A stretch of 64,000 bases of DNA from an uncultured delta proteobacterium (GTDB taxonomy: Bacteria > Desulfobacterota > Zymogenia > Zymogenales > Zymogenaceae). The translations under genes and the position numbers were made by a program. Every line of letters begins with the position of its first letter. The first letter of the stretch is position 1. Under the pieces are notes generated by a model. It was not told the DNA's origin, made no database searches, and was given only the letters and a program-made list of their open reading frames with translations. The stretch spans positions 96,001 to 160,000 of the forward strand of contig CAVTLK010000001.1 of assembly GCA_963735595.1 (NCBI GenBank). Reading direction: 5' to 3'. Shown here piece after piece: positions 32,907 to 44,262 of the stretch.

Positions 32907-35585
32907 ATGACCACTATCAATCTCGATAAGATCTTTGCCCCTACGCGGATTGCCGTCGTCGGGGCGAGCAACGATCCGTCCGGGGTCGGCTACACGATCC
33001 TGCGCAACCTCATCGGGTCCGGTTTCTCCGGCGTTATCTATCCGGTCAACCCGGGCAAGGAGGCCGTCCAGGGCATCCAGGCCTATACCGACCTCAAGAG
33101 CCTGCCGAGGCCGGCGGACCTGGCGGTCATCTGTACCCCGGCAAAGACGGTGCCCACCATTATCGGCCAGTGCGGTGAGATGGGAATCATGGGCGTCATC
33201 GTCATCTCGGCGGGTTTCAGGGAGATCGGGCCGGAGGGGAAGGCGCTCGAGGAGGAAATGACGGCCCAGGCCGCGCGGTTTCCCGGCATGAGGATACTGG
33301 GTCCCAACTGCCTGGGGGTCATCGTCCCTTCCATCAATATGAACGCGAGCTTCGCCACGGCAATGCCGTCCCCGGGCAGCGTTGCCGTCATCTCCCAGTC
33401 GGGGGCGCTGTGCACGTCCCTCCTGGACTGGGCGCTTGAAGAGGGAATCGGGTTTTCATACTTCGTATCCATCGGCAACATGGCAGATATAGACTTCGGG
33501 GACCTCATCGACTATTTCGGCGGTGACCCCAAGACTACCTCGATCATTCTCTATATAGAATCATTACGCTCCGTTCGAGAGTTCATGTCGGCGGCACGGG
33601 CCTTTTCGAAGACCAGGCCGATCGTTGCGTTCAAGTCGGGGAGGTTCGCGGAATCTGCCAAAGCCGCCGGTTCCCATACCGGGGCGATGGCCGGGGCCGA
33701 CGATGTTTACGACGCGGCGTTTCAGCGGGCGGGGATCGAGCGGGTAAACGAGATAGACGACATGTTTGACTGCGCGGAGCTCCTGGGGCGCGTCAAGCCC
33801 CCGCCGGGCCCGCGCCTTGCCATCGTCACCAACGCCGGCGGTCCGGGGGTCATGGCGACCGACAGCCTGATCGCGCATCACGGTATTCTTGCCGGGCTAT
33901 CCAGTGAAACTACCGAAGCCCTCAACCGGGAACTTCCCCCGTTCTGGTCGCACGGTAACCCCGTTGATGTCCTCGGCGACGCCCCGCCTCAGCGGCTGGC
34001 CTCGGCCACCGAGGTTACGCTGTCTGACCCGGGGGTAGACGCGTCGCTGGTCATCCTCACGCCCCAGGCGATGACCGACCCCTCCGGTACGGCCATCGAG
34101 ATCGGGAGGCTGGTCAGGACATCCGAAAAGCCGATCCTCGCGGCGTGGATGGGGGGACTGAAGGTGCGTGAGGGCATCCGTATCCTCAACCAATCCGGCG
34201 TCCCGACGTATACGACGCCTGAACAGGCCGTGCGCGCCTTTATGCACCTGGTCTCGTATAAAAGAAATCTCGAGATACTCTACGAAACGCCGAGAAACGT
34301 TCCGGTTCGTTTTGCCCTCCATCGCACGGAGATACGCGAAGGGATGAAACACCTGTTCGACGGCCGTCAGCGCACCCTTTCGGAGATCGAGTCGAAGGAA
34401 CTGTTAGGCGCCTACGGGATCCCGGTCGCGCGAACGGTATTGGCCAAAACGGCCGATGAGGCCGGGGCGGCGGCCCGCGATATTGGCTATCCCGTAGTTC
34501 TCAAAATATACTCTCCCGACATCACGCACAAAACCGACGCGGGGGGAGTCGCGCTCAACCTGCATATGGAAGAGGATGTTAAGAAGAGCTTCGAGCGGAT
34601 TACGGCGTCGTCGATCTCCGCGTTTCCCCAGGCCGCAATCGAGGGTGTGACCGTGCAGCCGATGGTTTCACTGATGAACTCGACAGAGCTGATCCTCGGC
34701 GCCAAGCGAGACGTTACGTTCGGATCGGTCATTATGCTGGGCATGGGGGGGATTACTGCGGAGCTCCTGAAAGACCGTGTTCTCGGATTACCGCCGCTTA
34801 ATGAGCGGTTGGCGCGGAGGATGCTGGAATCGCTGGCCTCATACCCGCTGCTCGTGGGCTACCGGGGGAGACCCGTGGTCGATATCGACCGGCTCATCGA
34901 GATCATCATCAGGTTTTCGTACCTCATCGCCGACTATCCCGAGGTAAGGGAGCTCGATATAAATCCGCTGGTCGTATCCCCGGACGGGATGATAGCGCTT
35001 GACGCCCGGGTGATCATCGATGATGGTATGCCGGACAGGACTGAAGACCCATACTACCACCTGGCAATCCGTCCCTACCCGGAAGAATACGAGCGCCCGA
35101 TCGCCCTGAGCGATGGGACGAGCGCCCTCATGCGGCCGATAAAGCCGGAGGACGAGCCGCTCTGGATAGACCTGCTCAATTCTTTCTCGAAAGAGACGCT
35201 CCGCTTTCGCTTCTTCCACCCTATTCGAGAGATTACCCACGAGATGGCGACCCGCTACTGCTATATCGATTATGACCGAGAGATCGGGGTTGTCATAGAG
35301 GTGGAAGAGGAGGGCCGAAAGCGGCTTATCGGTGTCGGCAGACTCATCCTCTTCATTGACAGGAAGGTGGGCGAGTTCGCGGTTGCTGTTACCGACGCCT
35401 GGCAGAATAAAGGGGCGGGCTCCCAGATGATCGACTTCTGCGTCGAGATGTCCCGTAAACGAGGCGTCCAGCGGATCAGTACGGTGATGCTGCCGGATAA
35501 TACGATTATTATTAAGATGTTCGAGAGGCGGGGCTTTACTATCACGCGTGACGGTGATCTTGTCAGGGGTGAGCTCGTCTTTTAA
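32907..35585 (+). CDS. Acetate-CoA ligase (NDP-forming)-like/GNAT fusion, Pat/Pka-type protein lysine acetyltransferase
   Basis: GPNCLG, SQSG, SHTGAMAG, ATP-grasp HKTDAGGV, ELDINPL; C-terminal GNAT (EFAVAVTDAWQNKGAG). Confidence 0.9.
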   Translation: MTTINLDKIFAPTRIAVVGASNDPSGVGYTILRNLIGSGFSGVIYPVNPGKEAVQGIQAYTDLKSLPRPADLAVICTPAKTVPTIIGQCGEMGIMGVIVISAGFREIGPEGKALEEEMTAQAARFPGMRILGPNCLGVIVPSINMNASFATAMPSPGSVAVISQSGALCTSLLDWALEEGIGFSYFVSIGNMADIDFGDLIDYFGGDPKTTSIILYIESLRSVREFMSAARAFSKTRPIVAFKSGRFAESAKAAGSHTGAMAGADDVYDAAFQRAGIERVNEIDDMFDCAELLGRVKPPPGPRLAIVTNAGGPGVMATDSLIAHHGILAGLSSETTEALNRELPPFWSHGNPVDVLGDAPPQRLASATEVTLSDPGVDASLVILTPQAMTDPSGTAIEIGRLVRTSEKPILAAWMGGLKVREGIRILNQSGVPTYTTPEQAVRAFMHLVSYKRNLEILYETPRNVPVRFALHRTEIREGMKHLFDGRQRTLSEIESKELLGAYGIPVARTVLAKTADEAGAAARDIGYPVVLKIYSPDITHKTDAGGVALNLHMEEDVKKSFERITASSISAFPQAAIEGVTVQPMVSLMNSTELILGAKRDVTFGSVIMLGMGGITAELLKDRVLGLPPLNERLARRMLESLASYPLLVGYRGRPVVDIDRLIEIIIRFSYLIADYPEVRELDINPLVVSPDGMIALDARVIIDDGMPDRTEDPYYHLAIRPYPEEYERPIALSDGTSALMRPIKPEDEPLWIDLLNSFSKETLRFRFFHPIREITHEMATRYCYIDYDREIGVVIEVEEEGRKRLIGVGRLILFIDRKVGEFAVAVTDAWQNKGAGSQMIDFCVEMSRKRGVQRISTVMLPDNTIIIKMFERRGFTITRDGDLVRGELVF

Positions 35586-35891
35586 CCCGGAATAGTATCC
35601 GCGAACCGTCGGAGCACACCAATAATCGTCCGCAGCGTGTCGGCTTGATCTGAGGGCTTTGTACACGTTCTAACCACCCGCTCAGTACCGTCTTCCGGAA
35701 TCCAATGAAGCCTTCGATTTCTCCAGCCGTTCAGTATCGGCGAAAACGGCTCCAGCAATACCACTTACATTATATATGATATTGTTAGGAAATATTGGCT
35801 GTTCCCCTTGATTTTCGGAAAAAGTGTTATATACTTGAATAGATTACTTATCGGAGAGAATAGACAAATCTTTATTGTGAAGGAGGACGAT

Positions 35892-36389
35892 ATGGGACTC
35901 TTTGAATTCGTAAAGGCCGCCGGGGAGATGGTTCTCAATCAGCAGAATCCGAACTCGGGGGAAGTAGAAAACCACATCAAGGACGGGCTTGGCGGCGCGG
36001 TCAAGGACATTGCCGTCGATTTGATCGGCAACATGATCAAGCTCAAAGGTAATGTTGATACGAAGGACCTGCTCGAAAAGGTGATTCTCCTGGCCGGTAA
36101 TATCAAAGGGATTGAAAAGGTCGATGCCGACGGCCTTATGGTCAAGGGGCAGCCGGCAGCGCCTGCCGCGGGAATACAGCAGATGGGCACCAAGGCCGGC
36201 GGCGGTGCCGCGGGGCCGGGAGGAAGCACCTTCTATACTATTGTGAAGGGAGACACCCTGTCGGGAATCGCCAAGAAGTTCTTAGGAGACGCGAATAAAT
36301 ACCACCAGATATTTGAGGCTAACCGCGGTATTATTAAGAACGCTGATCTCATCTACCCCGGACAGGTCATCCGCATTCCGACCGCGTAG
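35892..36389 (+). CDS. BON-LysM protein (Kbp/YgaU-like)
   Basis: MGLFEFVKAAGE, ILLAGNIKGIEKVD; LysM YTIVKGDTLSGIAK...IFEANR..IKNADLIYPGQVIRIP. Confidence 0.9.
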   Translation: MGLFEFVKAAGEMVLNQQNPNSGEVENHIKDGLGGAVKDIAVDLIGNMIKLKGNVDTKDLLEKVILLAGNIKGIEKVDADGLMVKGQPAAPAAGIQQMGTKAGGGAAGPGGSTFYTIVKGDTLSGIAKKFLGDANKYHQIFEANRGIIKNADLIYPGQVIRIPTA

Positions 36390-36744
36390 CGACAAGACTG
36401 CCCTGTCGATGTGATCGTTCTAGTGACCGGTAACCGAAGCCGGAGGACTCCCCTCCGGCTTCGAGCGTTACGGCATCAGATCGAATTTAATTTTACCGGC
36501 AGCCAACACAAGTCCATACATCGCGGGAAAATGCCGCGGCGACTCACTTTTATCCTTTACATCGGCGGTAATTCGCTTTACAGTAACGGTACGTTTGCAG
36601 CTCATATCGGAATAACGGCCAATATTACGGCTAAGGGCAAACGAAAACTGGAATAGCGCCGAAACGGATTATTGCAGAAAGTCAGCCCGGAATGCGATAT
36701 GAGCCCGCGGTCAGATGAGAGCCTGATAATTACCGGGGTTTAAA

Positions 36745-37485
36745 ATGAGAAAACTACTCTATATCCTTTACCAGCCGTACAAATGGCTCATCTTTTTCCC
36801 TTTTCTTATTCTCACGACGCTGACGTTCGGATTCCTTGCGGTATTCCTGTTGTCGATGTCCGCTTCGCCCAAGTTCGTCAGCAACCTGTGCGGCGCGCGA
36901 TGGTCGCGGATCAACAGCTTCATGACCCCCATGTGCGTCTCCGTATCAGGCAGTGACAATATCGACCCCGCCTGTTCGTACGTCATCGTCTCCAATCACC
37001 AGAGCCATTATGACGTATTCGTGCTATACGGTTGGCTTGGGGTCGATTTCAAGTGGGTTATGAAGAAAGAGTTGAGAAAGATACCGGCGCTCGGGGTGGC
37101 CTGCGAGAAGCTCGAACATATCTATATCGACCGATCCGATAAGGGGACGGCGCTCAAATCTATCAATGACGCAAAGAAGATAATCAGGAACGGTACTTCC
37201 GTTATATTCTTCCCCGAAGGCACCCGCAGTAAAACGGGCGAGATGGGCGATTTCAAGAAGGGGGCCTTTTTTATGGCTCTTGACATGGGGATACCGATAC
37301 TTCCGATTACGATAACGGGAACCGGTAAGATCCTGCCGCCGGGGACGGTAGACCTGATGCCCGGAAGGGTCAAGATGACGATACATAAACCGATCGCGGT
37401 GAGCGGATATACTCTGGAGACTATAGCTGACTTGATGGCCGAGGTGCGGTCGGTTATTCAGGGGGGGCTGGATAAGAGCGCCTAA
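36745..37485 (+). CDS. plsC: 1-acyl-sn-glycerol-3-phosphate acyltransferase family
   Basis: NHQSHYD, FFPEGTRS and FKKGAF motifs. Confidence 0.85.
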   Translation: MRKLLYILYQPYKWLIFFPFLILTTLTFGFLAVFLLSMSASPKFVSNLCGARWSRINSFMTPMCVSVSGSDNIDPACSYVIVSNHQSHYDVFVLYGWLGVDFKWVMKKELRKIPALGVACEKLEHIYIDRSDKGTALKSINDAKKIIRNGTSVIFFPEGTRSKTGEMGDFKKGAFFMALDMGIPILPITITGTGKILPPGTVDLMPGRVKMTIHKPIAVSGYTLETIADLMAEVRSVIQGGLDKSA

Positions 37486-37565
37486 TAGCGACTCGTACCC
37501 GTCACAAGCCTCGGATAGAAATGTACCGGGCGAGATGAGAGAGACGGGGAAGGGGTTGATGGAAT

Positions 37566-37614
37566 TCTGGAGCCGGAGGGGAGGGTTGAACTCCCGACCT
37601 GATGATTACGAATC
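37566..37614 (-). repeat. att site: 49-bp duplicate of the tRNA-Thr 3' portion
   Basis: TCTGGAGCCGGAGGGGAGGGTTGAACTCCCGACCTGATGATTACGAATC, identical to 55699..55747. Confidence 0.95.
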
Positions 37615-38229
37615 GCTTTAAGGGGGTTAGGCTAACCTATTGAAATATATAGGAATATGTCGTAACCCCCCAGTATTATTAAGAAACTCGTTCTATTTTG
37701 GTTTTGTTTATTTAGGTCTATTATTGTCTGTTTTGATGTGCTGTGGTCACTGTTTGGACACCATCAATAGCTAATCTAGATGATAATAAAGATAAGCCAT
37801 GCTCGATTTCAACTCATTACGAAGACCCGGAATACCTTAAATGCCCCGGTTTTTGTAACATTTTTTGTAACACTTTCACGGAAGAATATATAATTTTCAC
37901 GAGTTAAAACATGATATTGACGTAACAATATTACGAGAAGTATAATATACACAACAAGGATATCTTCTAGCATTTTAACCGAATCATACTATCAGTGTTC
38001 GAGACGCAACTTTTGCGGCTGCTGAAAGAAATGGCGGATCGTCATCTCGGGCAAGAATGCTCTTAGGATCATTGATGGGATGCCTCTTAGCTACTACGGA
38101 TTACCACCGTACCATTGATCAGCAATTCCCGCGTATGCCGGCGGCAGTCAGGAAGAATCCCCGGAAAAAAAGAGTAAGGACTAGCTTCATACGAGACCGT
38201 ACTATCGTCGTAACGAGGGGGCTTCCATT

Positions 38230-39630
38230 ATGCGGCTAACTGACGAAAAAAAGTATGCCATTGAGAAAATCCATGCGGCAATAGACGACGCCTTTCCGTC
38301 ACATCTCGAACGCTGCCGCGATTTCCTACGGCAAAAGAGCGTCTCTGTAACCGGAGAAGGTATTATAGAGACCGCCCAAATTATCACCGGCTTTATCTTA
38401 GAAATCGGCGGAACAGTTGAACATTACGGTGATCCGGCCTACCCGATCGTGTTCGGTAGACTAGCGAAAGGGAAGCCAAAAACGCTGATCATCTACGGCA
38501 TGTACGACGTTATGCCCGCCGAGGAGTCGAATTGGCTGAGCCCACCCTTCGCGGCCGATATCCGTACGCTGCCGGGCCTTGGAGAGTGCGTTGTCGCCCG
38601 GGGTGCCGTCAACTCGAAGGGGGCCCTCTGCGGCGTTTTCAACGCGCTCAAGACGATCCACGAGACGGATGAAATCCCGCTTAATCTTATCTTTACCGTG
38701 GAGGGTGAGGAGGAAATCGGCAGCCCCCATTTTCCCGATTTCATTAGGGCGAACAGAGAAATGCTCCGGGCCGACGGTGTCATAGATTTCGACTTTTCGG
38801 AGGACTCCACTGGTGGAGTATCGATGCACCTTGGACTCAAGGGTATTGTTTATATTGACCTTATCGCCCGGGCAGGGAAACGGGGCGGCCCAACCGATAC
38901 GGCCCTTCATGGATCGGTCAGTGCGTGGATAACCTCTCCGGTATGGAGGCTTGTGAGGGCATTGAGTTCGCTGACCGATGAGCAGGAAAATATTAGGATA
39001 AGTGGCATTTACGAGAATGCCGCTCCCCCGAGCGACGAAGATATCGAGGTTCTCAAGAGACTGGAGAAAACCTTCAATCCCAAGTCATTTCTCAAGGAGA
39101 TAAAGAGCCGCGTTTTCAAGAGCGATCTGGTGGGCATCGATCTCCTCACAAAGGGATTATATACGCCAGTCATGAATATAAACGGACTCTCGGCCGGGTA
39201 CATCGGCTCGGGGACGAAGACGGTGCTGCCCCGCAAAGCAACGGCGAAGATAGACATCCGGTTCGGGCCGAACCTGGAGCCCGAGGAGGTAGTGGATAAG
39301 CTGAAACGGCATCTGACGGGTCTTGGGTTTGACGATATCGAGGTGAGGCTGCGGGAAGGATATACCTGGTCAAAGACATGTTTTTCGGATCCCATCGTTC
39401 AGAAGATGATCAGCGCTTACAATTTTCACGCCGTCGAGCCCGAGGTGTGGCCGATCGCAACTTGGGCCGCACCCTATTTCGTGTTCTCACGAATCCTGGG
39501 GTTGCCGGTAGTTTCGGGAGGGCTCGGCCACGGCAAGAGGCAGCACGTCGCCAACGAATATATGACCGTAAAGGGTCTCAAGGATTTCGAGAAATTCGTC
39601 GCGACCTTCCTCTATTCCCTGGCATCCTGA
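38230..39630 (+). CDS. M20/M25/M40 family metallopeptidase (ArgE/DapE-like)
   Basis: YGMYDVMP, ARGAVNSKG, EGEEEIGS, QHVANE. Confidence 0.9.
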   Translation: MRLTDEKKYAIEKIHAAIDDAFPSHLERCRDFLRQKSVSVTGEGIIETAQIITGFILEIGGTVEHYGDPAYPIVFGRLAKGKPKTLIIYGMYDVMPAEESNWLSPPFAADIRTLPGLGECVVARGAVNSKGALCGVFNALKTIHETDEIPLNLIFTVEGEEEIGSPHFPDFIRANREMLRADGVIDFDFSEDSTGGVSMHLGLKGIVYIDLIARAGKRGGPTDTALHGSVSAWITSPVWRLVRALSSLTDEQENIRISGIYENAAPPSDEDIEVLKRLEKTFNPKSFLKEIKSRVFKSDLVGIDLLTKGLYTPVMNINGLSAGYIGSGTKTVLPRKATAKIDIRFGPNLEPEEVVDKLKRHLTGLGFDDIEVRLREGYTWSKTCFSDPIVQKMISAYNFHAVEPEVWPIATWAAPYFVFSRILGLPVVSGGLGHGKRQHVANEYMTVKGLKDFEKFVATFLYSLAS

Positions 39631-39829
39631 CCACTCTCCTTCTTAGCCCGTCGATCCTCTCGGGCTCGACCGGCGCACGCCCGTTATCGCGTTGCACGTG
39701 CGGCCGCCGTTTTTCGTCCTTACCCGGTCCACCCACGCCGGATGTCTCCGGGCGATCGTTGTCCTGCACCCCGGTAGTAAAGCCGAAGAACTCCTTGAGC
39801 CTCACCTTGAAGTCCTTCTCCCTACTCAT
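39578..39829 (-). CDS. Possible small hydrophilic protein
   Basis: GGAGAAG RBS before MSREKDFKVRLKEFFG; 3' end overlaps the peptidase, so uncertain. Confidence 0.3.
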   Translation of the reverse strand: MSREKDFKVRLKEFFGFTTGVQDNDRPETSGVGGPGKDEKRRPHVQRDNGRAPVEPERIDGLRRRVVRMPGNRGRSRRISRNP

Positions 39830-40010
39830 TGTCTTCTCCGTGATATAGTTAAATAATTTCCCGTAAGTCGCCCCCGCCTCTCCTTTCACGCCCGATTATA
39901 CGGAAGCCACCCGTCCGTCGGGAAAATAGCTATCCGAGTACGATTTCGATCCGGGGGTGAGGACCCACATCCGTGGGAGGCGTATTCGACCGGCTCGCGG
40001 GAGCTGATCC

Positions 40011-41770
40011 TTAGAGGAGCTCCCGCTTCATCATCTGGCCGTTGTAGGCGTCGATGACGTCCTTGCGCGTGACGATGCCGATCACCTTTCGGGAGCCCTT
40101 CGATGCTACCACCGGAAGCTCCTCGACGTCAAGGCGTGAGAATTTCACCGCCACGTCGCTGAGATTCTCCTGGGGATGGGTCGTGATGACGTCGGATCTG
40201 GTGATATCTTTTGCGACAATGAGGTGCCTGAGATAGTCCTCTTCCCTGACGAGCTTTCTGATTTCATTGAGGGAGATGATGCCCACCAGGGCGCCGTTCT
40301 TCTTGTCGACGACCGGGAAGTTGAAGTAGGTGCTGCTGTCGATGAGATTGAGGAGCTGGGTGAGTCGCGTCTGTTCGCCGACGGCGACGAAATCGGTCTT
40401 CATGATATCCCCCACGTTGAGGGACTTGAGAACGTTCTGTTCCTTCCCCTGCTCGATGTTGATCCCCTTCCGTGAAAGCTTCATCGAATAGATCGAGTCC
40501 TTCTGGATCGACCGGGCCGTGAGGGTGCTCATGATGCAGGCAATCATCAGGGGCGGGATGATAGCAAACGAGTGCGTCATCTCGAATATGATGATGATCG
40601 CGGTGAGGGGACCGTGGGTTGTCCCGGCCACGAGCGCACCCATTCCCACGGCGGCGTAGGCCCCGATAGGCGCAGTCATGTTCGGGAAAGAGATACTGGA
40701 AAAGATATCCAAGCGCTCCTCCGGTTGTTGCCCCGATCACCAGGGATGGCGAGAAGATCCCTCCCGAACCTCCCGATCCGAGCGATAGCGACGTTGCCGC
40801 AATTTTGACGAAGATAAGCGCAAAAAGCACAAAAACGGTGAACCGCGCTCCGGACAGCAGCGAGGATACCGTTTCGTAACCGACACCGGATACCTCGGGA
40901 TACACCAGGACTAACATCCCGATACAGAGTCCACCGAGTGCGGGTTTCAGGAACGGGGGAATCGAGAGATCGTTCAAAGAAATCCTCGGTCTTGTAGAGG
41001 AAGTTAGTATACGTAACGGCGATAACTGCGCAGACCACGCCCAGGAGGAAGTAGTTAACGAGCTCAAAAGCGCTTTTCAATTCGTAGGCGGGGACGATGA
41101 ATGAGGGCATATCCCCGACGAGCCAATGGGAGATCGATGTAGCGATGACCGAGGAAAAGACGATCGGGGTAAAATGCTCGACGGCAAACTCACCCATGAT
41201 GATCTCGACGGCAAAGATGACACCCGCGATCGGGGCGTTGAAGGTGGCGGCGATCCCCCCTGCAGCCCCGCAGGCCACAAACGTGCGCATCCTGTGCCGT
41301 GAGACTCGAAATGCCTGGCCTACGTTACTCCCGATGGACGAGCCTATCATCACGATCGGGCCTTCCTGTCCGACGGATCCGCCCGACCCGATACAGAGAG
41401 CCGATGCTACGGCCTTGAGCAAAAATGTCCATGGCGGCAAACGCCCCCCTTTTACGGCCACTGACTCCATGACTTCGGGAACGCCGTGTCCCTTGATGTT
41501 CGGGAAAAAGCGTATGATCGGCGCTATTAGTAGTCCTCCGAGGCAGGGAATAGCTACCTTATAGTACCAGGGAATCTCGGAGATCCTGATGAGATAGTCC
41601 GAGTAGTTACCATAAAACAGGTGTTGGAAGAAAAAGGTGAGATACCGGAAACCTGCGGCACCGAGGCCGCAGAGTATCCCGATGGCGATTGCCATGGCGA
41701 TGACAAACGTATGCGGTGTCTGTTCGAAGAGTCTGACGTAGTGAAGTATCTTTTCGACGAGGTTTCGCAT
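40011..41770 (-). CDS. CLC chloride channel/antiporter with C-terminal CBS pair (indels)
   Basis: GHGVPEV, GGSVGQEGP, FNAPIAG, GGSGGIFSP, CBS domains. Confidence 0.92.
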
Positions 41771-41983
41771 TACCCGGGTGTAGTAGATAACAGCGATATT
41801 TTACTCCGTCAAACTCTGATTGAGAAGTAAAAACACGCAAACCTGTTTTTGTCTATGAGACTATTTCGTTGCCGGTTGTTTAGCATAATCCCCGGACGAG
41901 CGTAGCCTACCATTGTGCCGCCCGATAATAATCCCTGCCATCTTGGTTATTTGGATTGATCTCGTGAGATATGGAGCGCTTTT

Positions 41984-44221
41984 TCATATTGTTTTCTCTC
42001 TCATCATACGCCGTGTTTTATAGAAATCAGAATCTACCGGTTCGAACGCCGCTAAAAGGAGCAAAACATCTTCACTGCGTTCCATATTGTATTTCGCCAG
42101 AGAAGGTCTTAATCCTACCTTGATCGAAAACCCGTATTCCGGCAGGATCGAAAACATGTCTTCGTCCGTCACGTCGTCACCAATGGCAAGAATGAAATCC
42201 CACTTCTCTCGCGCGAGCCAGTGGCGAGACGCTCGTCCTTTATTTACGCCTTGATTCTTTATTTCGACAACCTTATTTCCTTCCAGAACCTGAAGATCGA
42301 GATTCGATGTCAACTGAGTTGTTTCATCGACAAGCTCGCGCGCCCTCCGCTGGCCGAGCTCCGGTTCAACCTTACGGTAGTGCCAGACGAGTGAGAAATC
42401 CTTTTCTTCGACGAATGACCCGGGGGTTCGATTCACGTAGTACTCCAAGATAGGTTTCAAGTCTTTCTTCCACGCGTTGGAAAGAGGTTCTATCATTTTC
42501 CACGAATCAGCCCCCTTTTCCTTAAGCCATACGCCGTGCTCGGCGACCATACCGACTCCGAGGTCCGAAAACCACGCATCGAGCGTTTCTCGGTCTCGGC
42601 CGCTGATGATGACTAACTCATTCCTCTTATCTGAGGAGAGCCCCGCAAGTACACGGAGGGCCGCAGGTGAGGGCACCGCACTCTCCGGCGTATCGGCGAA
42701 CGGGACGAGGGTTCCATCGTAATCCAATAAGAAGAGGCGTCCATCGCCCTGTGCGTACTCGGATAGAATTCTATTTTTCACCGAATCGGTAACTTCACGC
42801 ATCGCCATAGTGTGTTGCTGTTCCTTAGTTTTATCCAGCACGGATAGGAAATCTGCGGCCCACCTGCTGACATTATAAAAAGAAATTCTTTCTTGCATCG
42901 AGCCAACACGGCTGGCCTTTTCTTCCTCTCCCATCTCGAGGCCCGCCTTTATCTTATTTACAACTTCCGCCGTATCGTTAGGATTCACGATAATCGCCTC
43001 TCCCAGTTCGGCGGCTGCGCCGGCCATCTCGCTCAGGATTAGCACTCCCTGTTTATCCCGCTTTGTGGCGAGATATTCCTTCGCAACGAGATTCATTCCA
43101 TCACGGAGGGGAGTTATCAGAGCGATATCCGATACCTGGTATAACGCAACCAGTCTTGTAAAAGGGAGCGAGCGGTACAGATACCATACCGGGACCCACC
43201 CGATTGTCCCGTACCGGCCGTTGATCTTACCGACCAAGGTCTCGATCTGGCCCTTAAGAATCCTATATTGCTCCACCCGTTCCCGGGACGGGACGGTCAA
43301 CTGAATGAAGGTCACTTTTTCCCGATATTCCGGATACTCCTTCAAGAAAATCTCGATAGCCTCCAGCCGTTTAAGGAGGCCTTTGGAATAGTCAAGGCGG
43401 TCAACCGACAAGATAATCTTCCTGCTTCCTACCTTTTTTCTCAGATTAGCGATTTCTCTTTTGACCTCATCCTGTGCCGCAGTTTCGTGAAATTTCTCGT
43501 AATTAATGCCTATGGGGAAGATATCTGCCTTGACAACGCGGTCGTCGACGATAGTCTGTCCCAGGTTGAACTCGTGCCCGAGCAGTCGGTGGCAGCTTTT
43601 CATAAAGTGCTGCGCGTACTCGTAGGTATGAAAGCCGACCAGGTCGGAACCGAGTATCCCACTAAGGATTTGCTTCCTCCATGGCAACAATCGGAAAATC
43701 TCAAAAGATGGAAAGGGGATATGCAAGAAGAAACCGATAGACACACCCGGCAGCCGCTCCCGTATCATCTGCGGTAATAACAGCAGATGATAGTCGTGAA
43801 TCCATAGTACGTCGTCCGGTTGAGCCACATCGGTTACGGCGGCGCAGAAGCTGGCGTTGACCTTAACGTAGCTTCTCCAGAGCTCTTCGTCGTAGACAGT
43901 GTTGAGAGGGAAATAGTGAAACAGCGGCCAGAGGGTTTTGTTTGAGAAGCCATAGTAGAACCTCTCAAGCGCCTCCTGTGACAGGAATACCGGATGGCTC
44001 TTATACGTATCCTTAAGGTATCCGGTGATTTCATCGCGCTCGGTTTTGGTTATCCTGTCGGAAGTAATTCCCGGCCATCCGATCCATAGAGATGAATATT
44101 CCTGATAGAATGAGCTCACGGCCGTAGCCAGGCCGCCGACGCTCTGTTTGTAGTTCAGGCCTTCCTTCCCTTTCTCGATATTCACCGGGAGCCTGTTGGA
44201 TATAATCAGTAGTCTTTTCAT
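41984..44221 (-). CDS. Bifunctional trehalose-6-phosphate synthase/phosphatase (OtsA-OtsB fusion)
   Basis: SNRLP, WIHDYHL, FLHIPFP, VDRLDYSKG, DGMNLVAKEY; HAD motifs LDYDGTL and GDDVTDEDMF. Confidence 0.95.
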   Translation of the reverse strand: MKRLLIISNRLPVNIEKGKEGLNYKQSVGGLATAVSSFYQEYSSLWIGWPGITSDRITKTERDEITGYLKDTYKSHPVFLSQEALERFYYGFSNKTLWPLFHYFPLNTVYDEELWRSYVKVNASFCAAVTDVAQPDDVLWIHDYHLLLLPQMIRERLPGVSIGFFLHIPFPSFEIFRLLPWRKQILSGILGSDLVGFHTYEYAQHFMKSCHRLLGHEFNLGQTIVDDRVVKADIFPIGINYEKFHETAAQDEVKREIANLRKKVGSRKIILSVDRLDYSKGLLKRLEAIEIFLKEYPEYREKVTFIQLTVPSRERVEQYRILKGQIETLVGKINGRYGTIGWVPVWYLYRSLPFTRLVALYQVSDIALITPLRDGMNLVAKEYLATKRDKQGVLILSEMAGAAAELGEAIIVNPNDTAEVVNKIKAGLEMGEEEKASRVGSMQERISFYNVSRWAADFLSVLDKTKEQQHTMAMREVTDSVKNRILSEYAQGDGRLFLLDYDGTLVPFADTPESAVPSPAALRVLAGLSSDKRNELVIISGRDRETLDAWFSDLGVGMVAEHGVWLKEKGADSWKMIEPLSNAWKKDLKPILEYYVNRTPGSFVEEKDFSLVWHYRKVEPELGQRRARELVDETTQLTSNLDLQVLEGNKVVEIKNQGVNKGRASRHWLAREKWDFILAIGDDVTDEDMFSILPEYGFSIKVGLRPSLAKYNMERSEDVLLLLAAFEPVDSDFYKTRRMMREKTI

Positions 44222-44262
44222 ATGTTAGCTCCCTTGCAGTTAGTCGGAGTGTGATAACGGAC

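Noticed and set aside
37566..37614. Second functional tRNA-Thr gene
   Set aside because: Lacks the 5' acceptor strand and D-arm; it is an att duplicate.
38028..38040. AATGGCGGA as another tRNA 3'-end remnant
   Set aside because: Too short, and no T-arm sequence follows.
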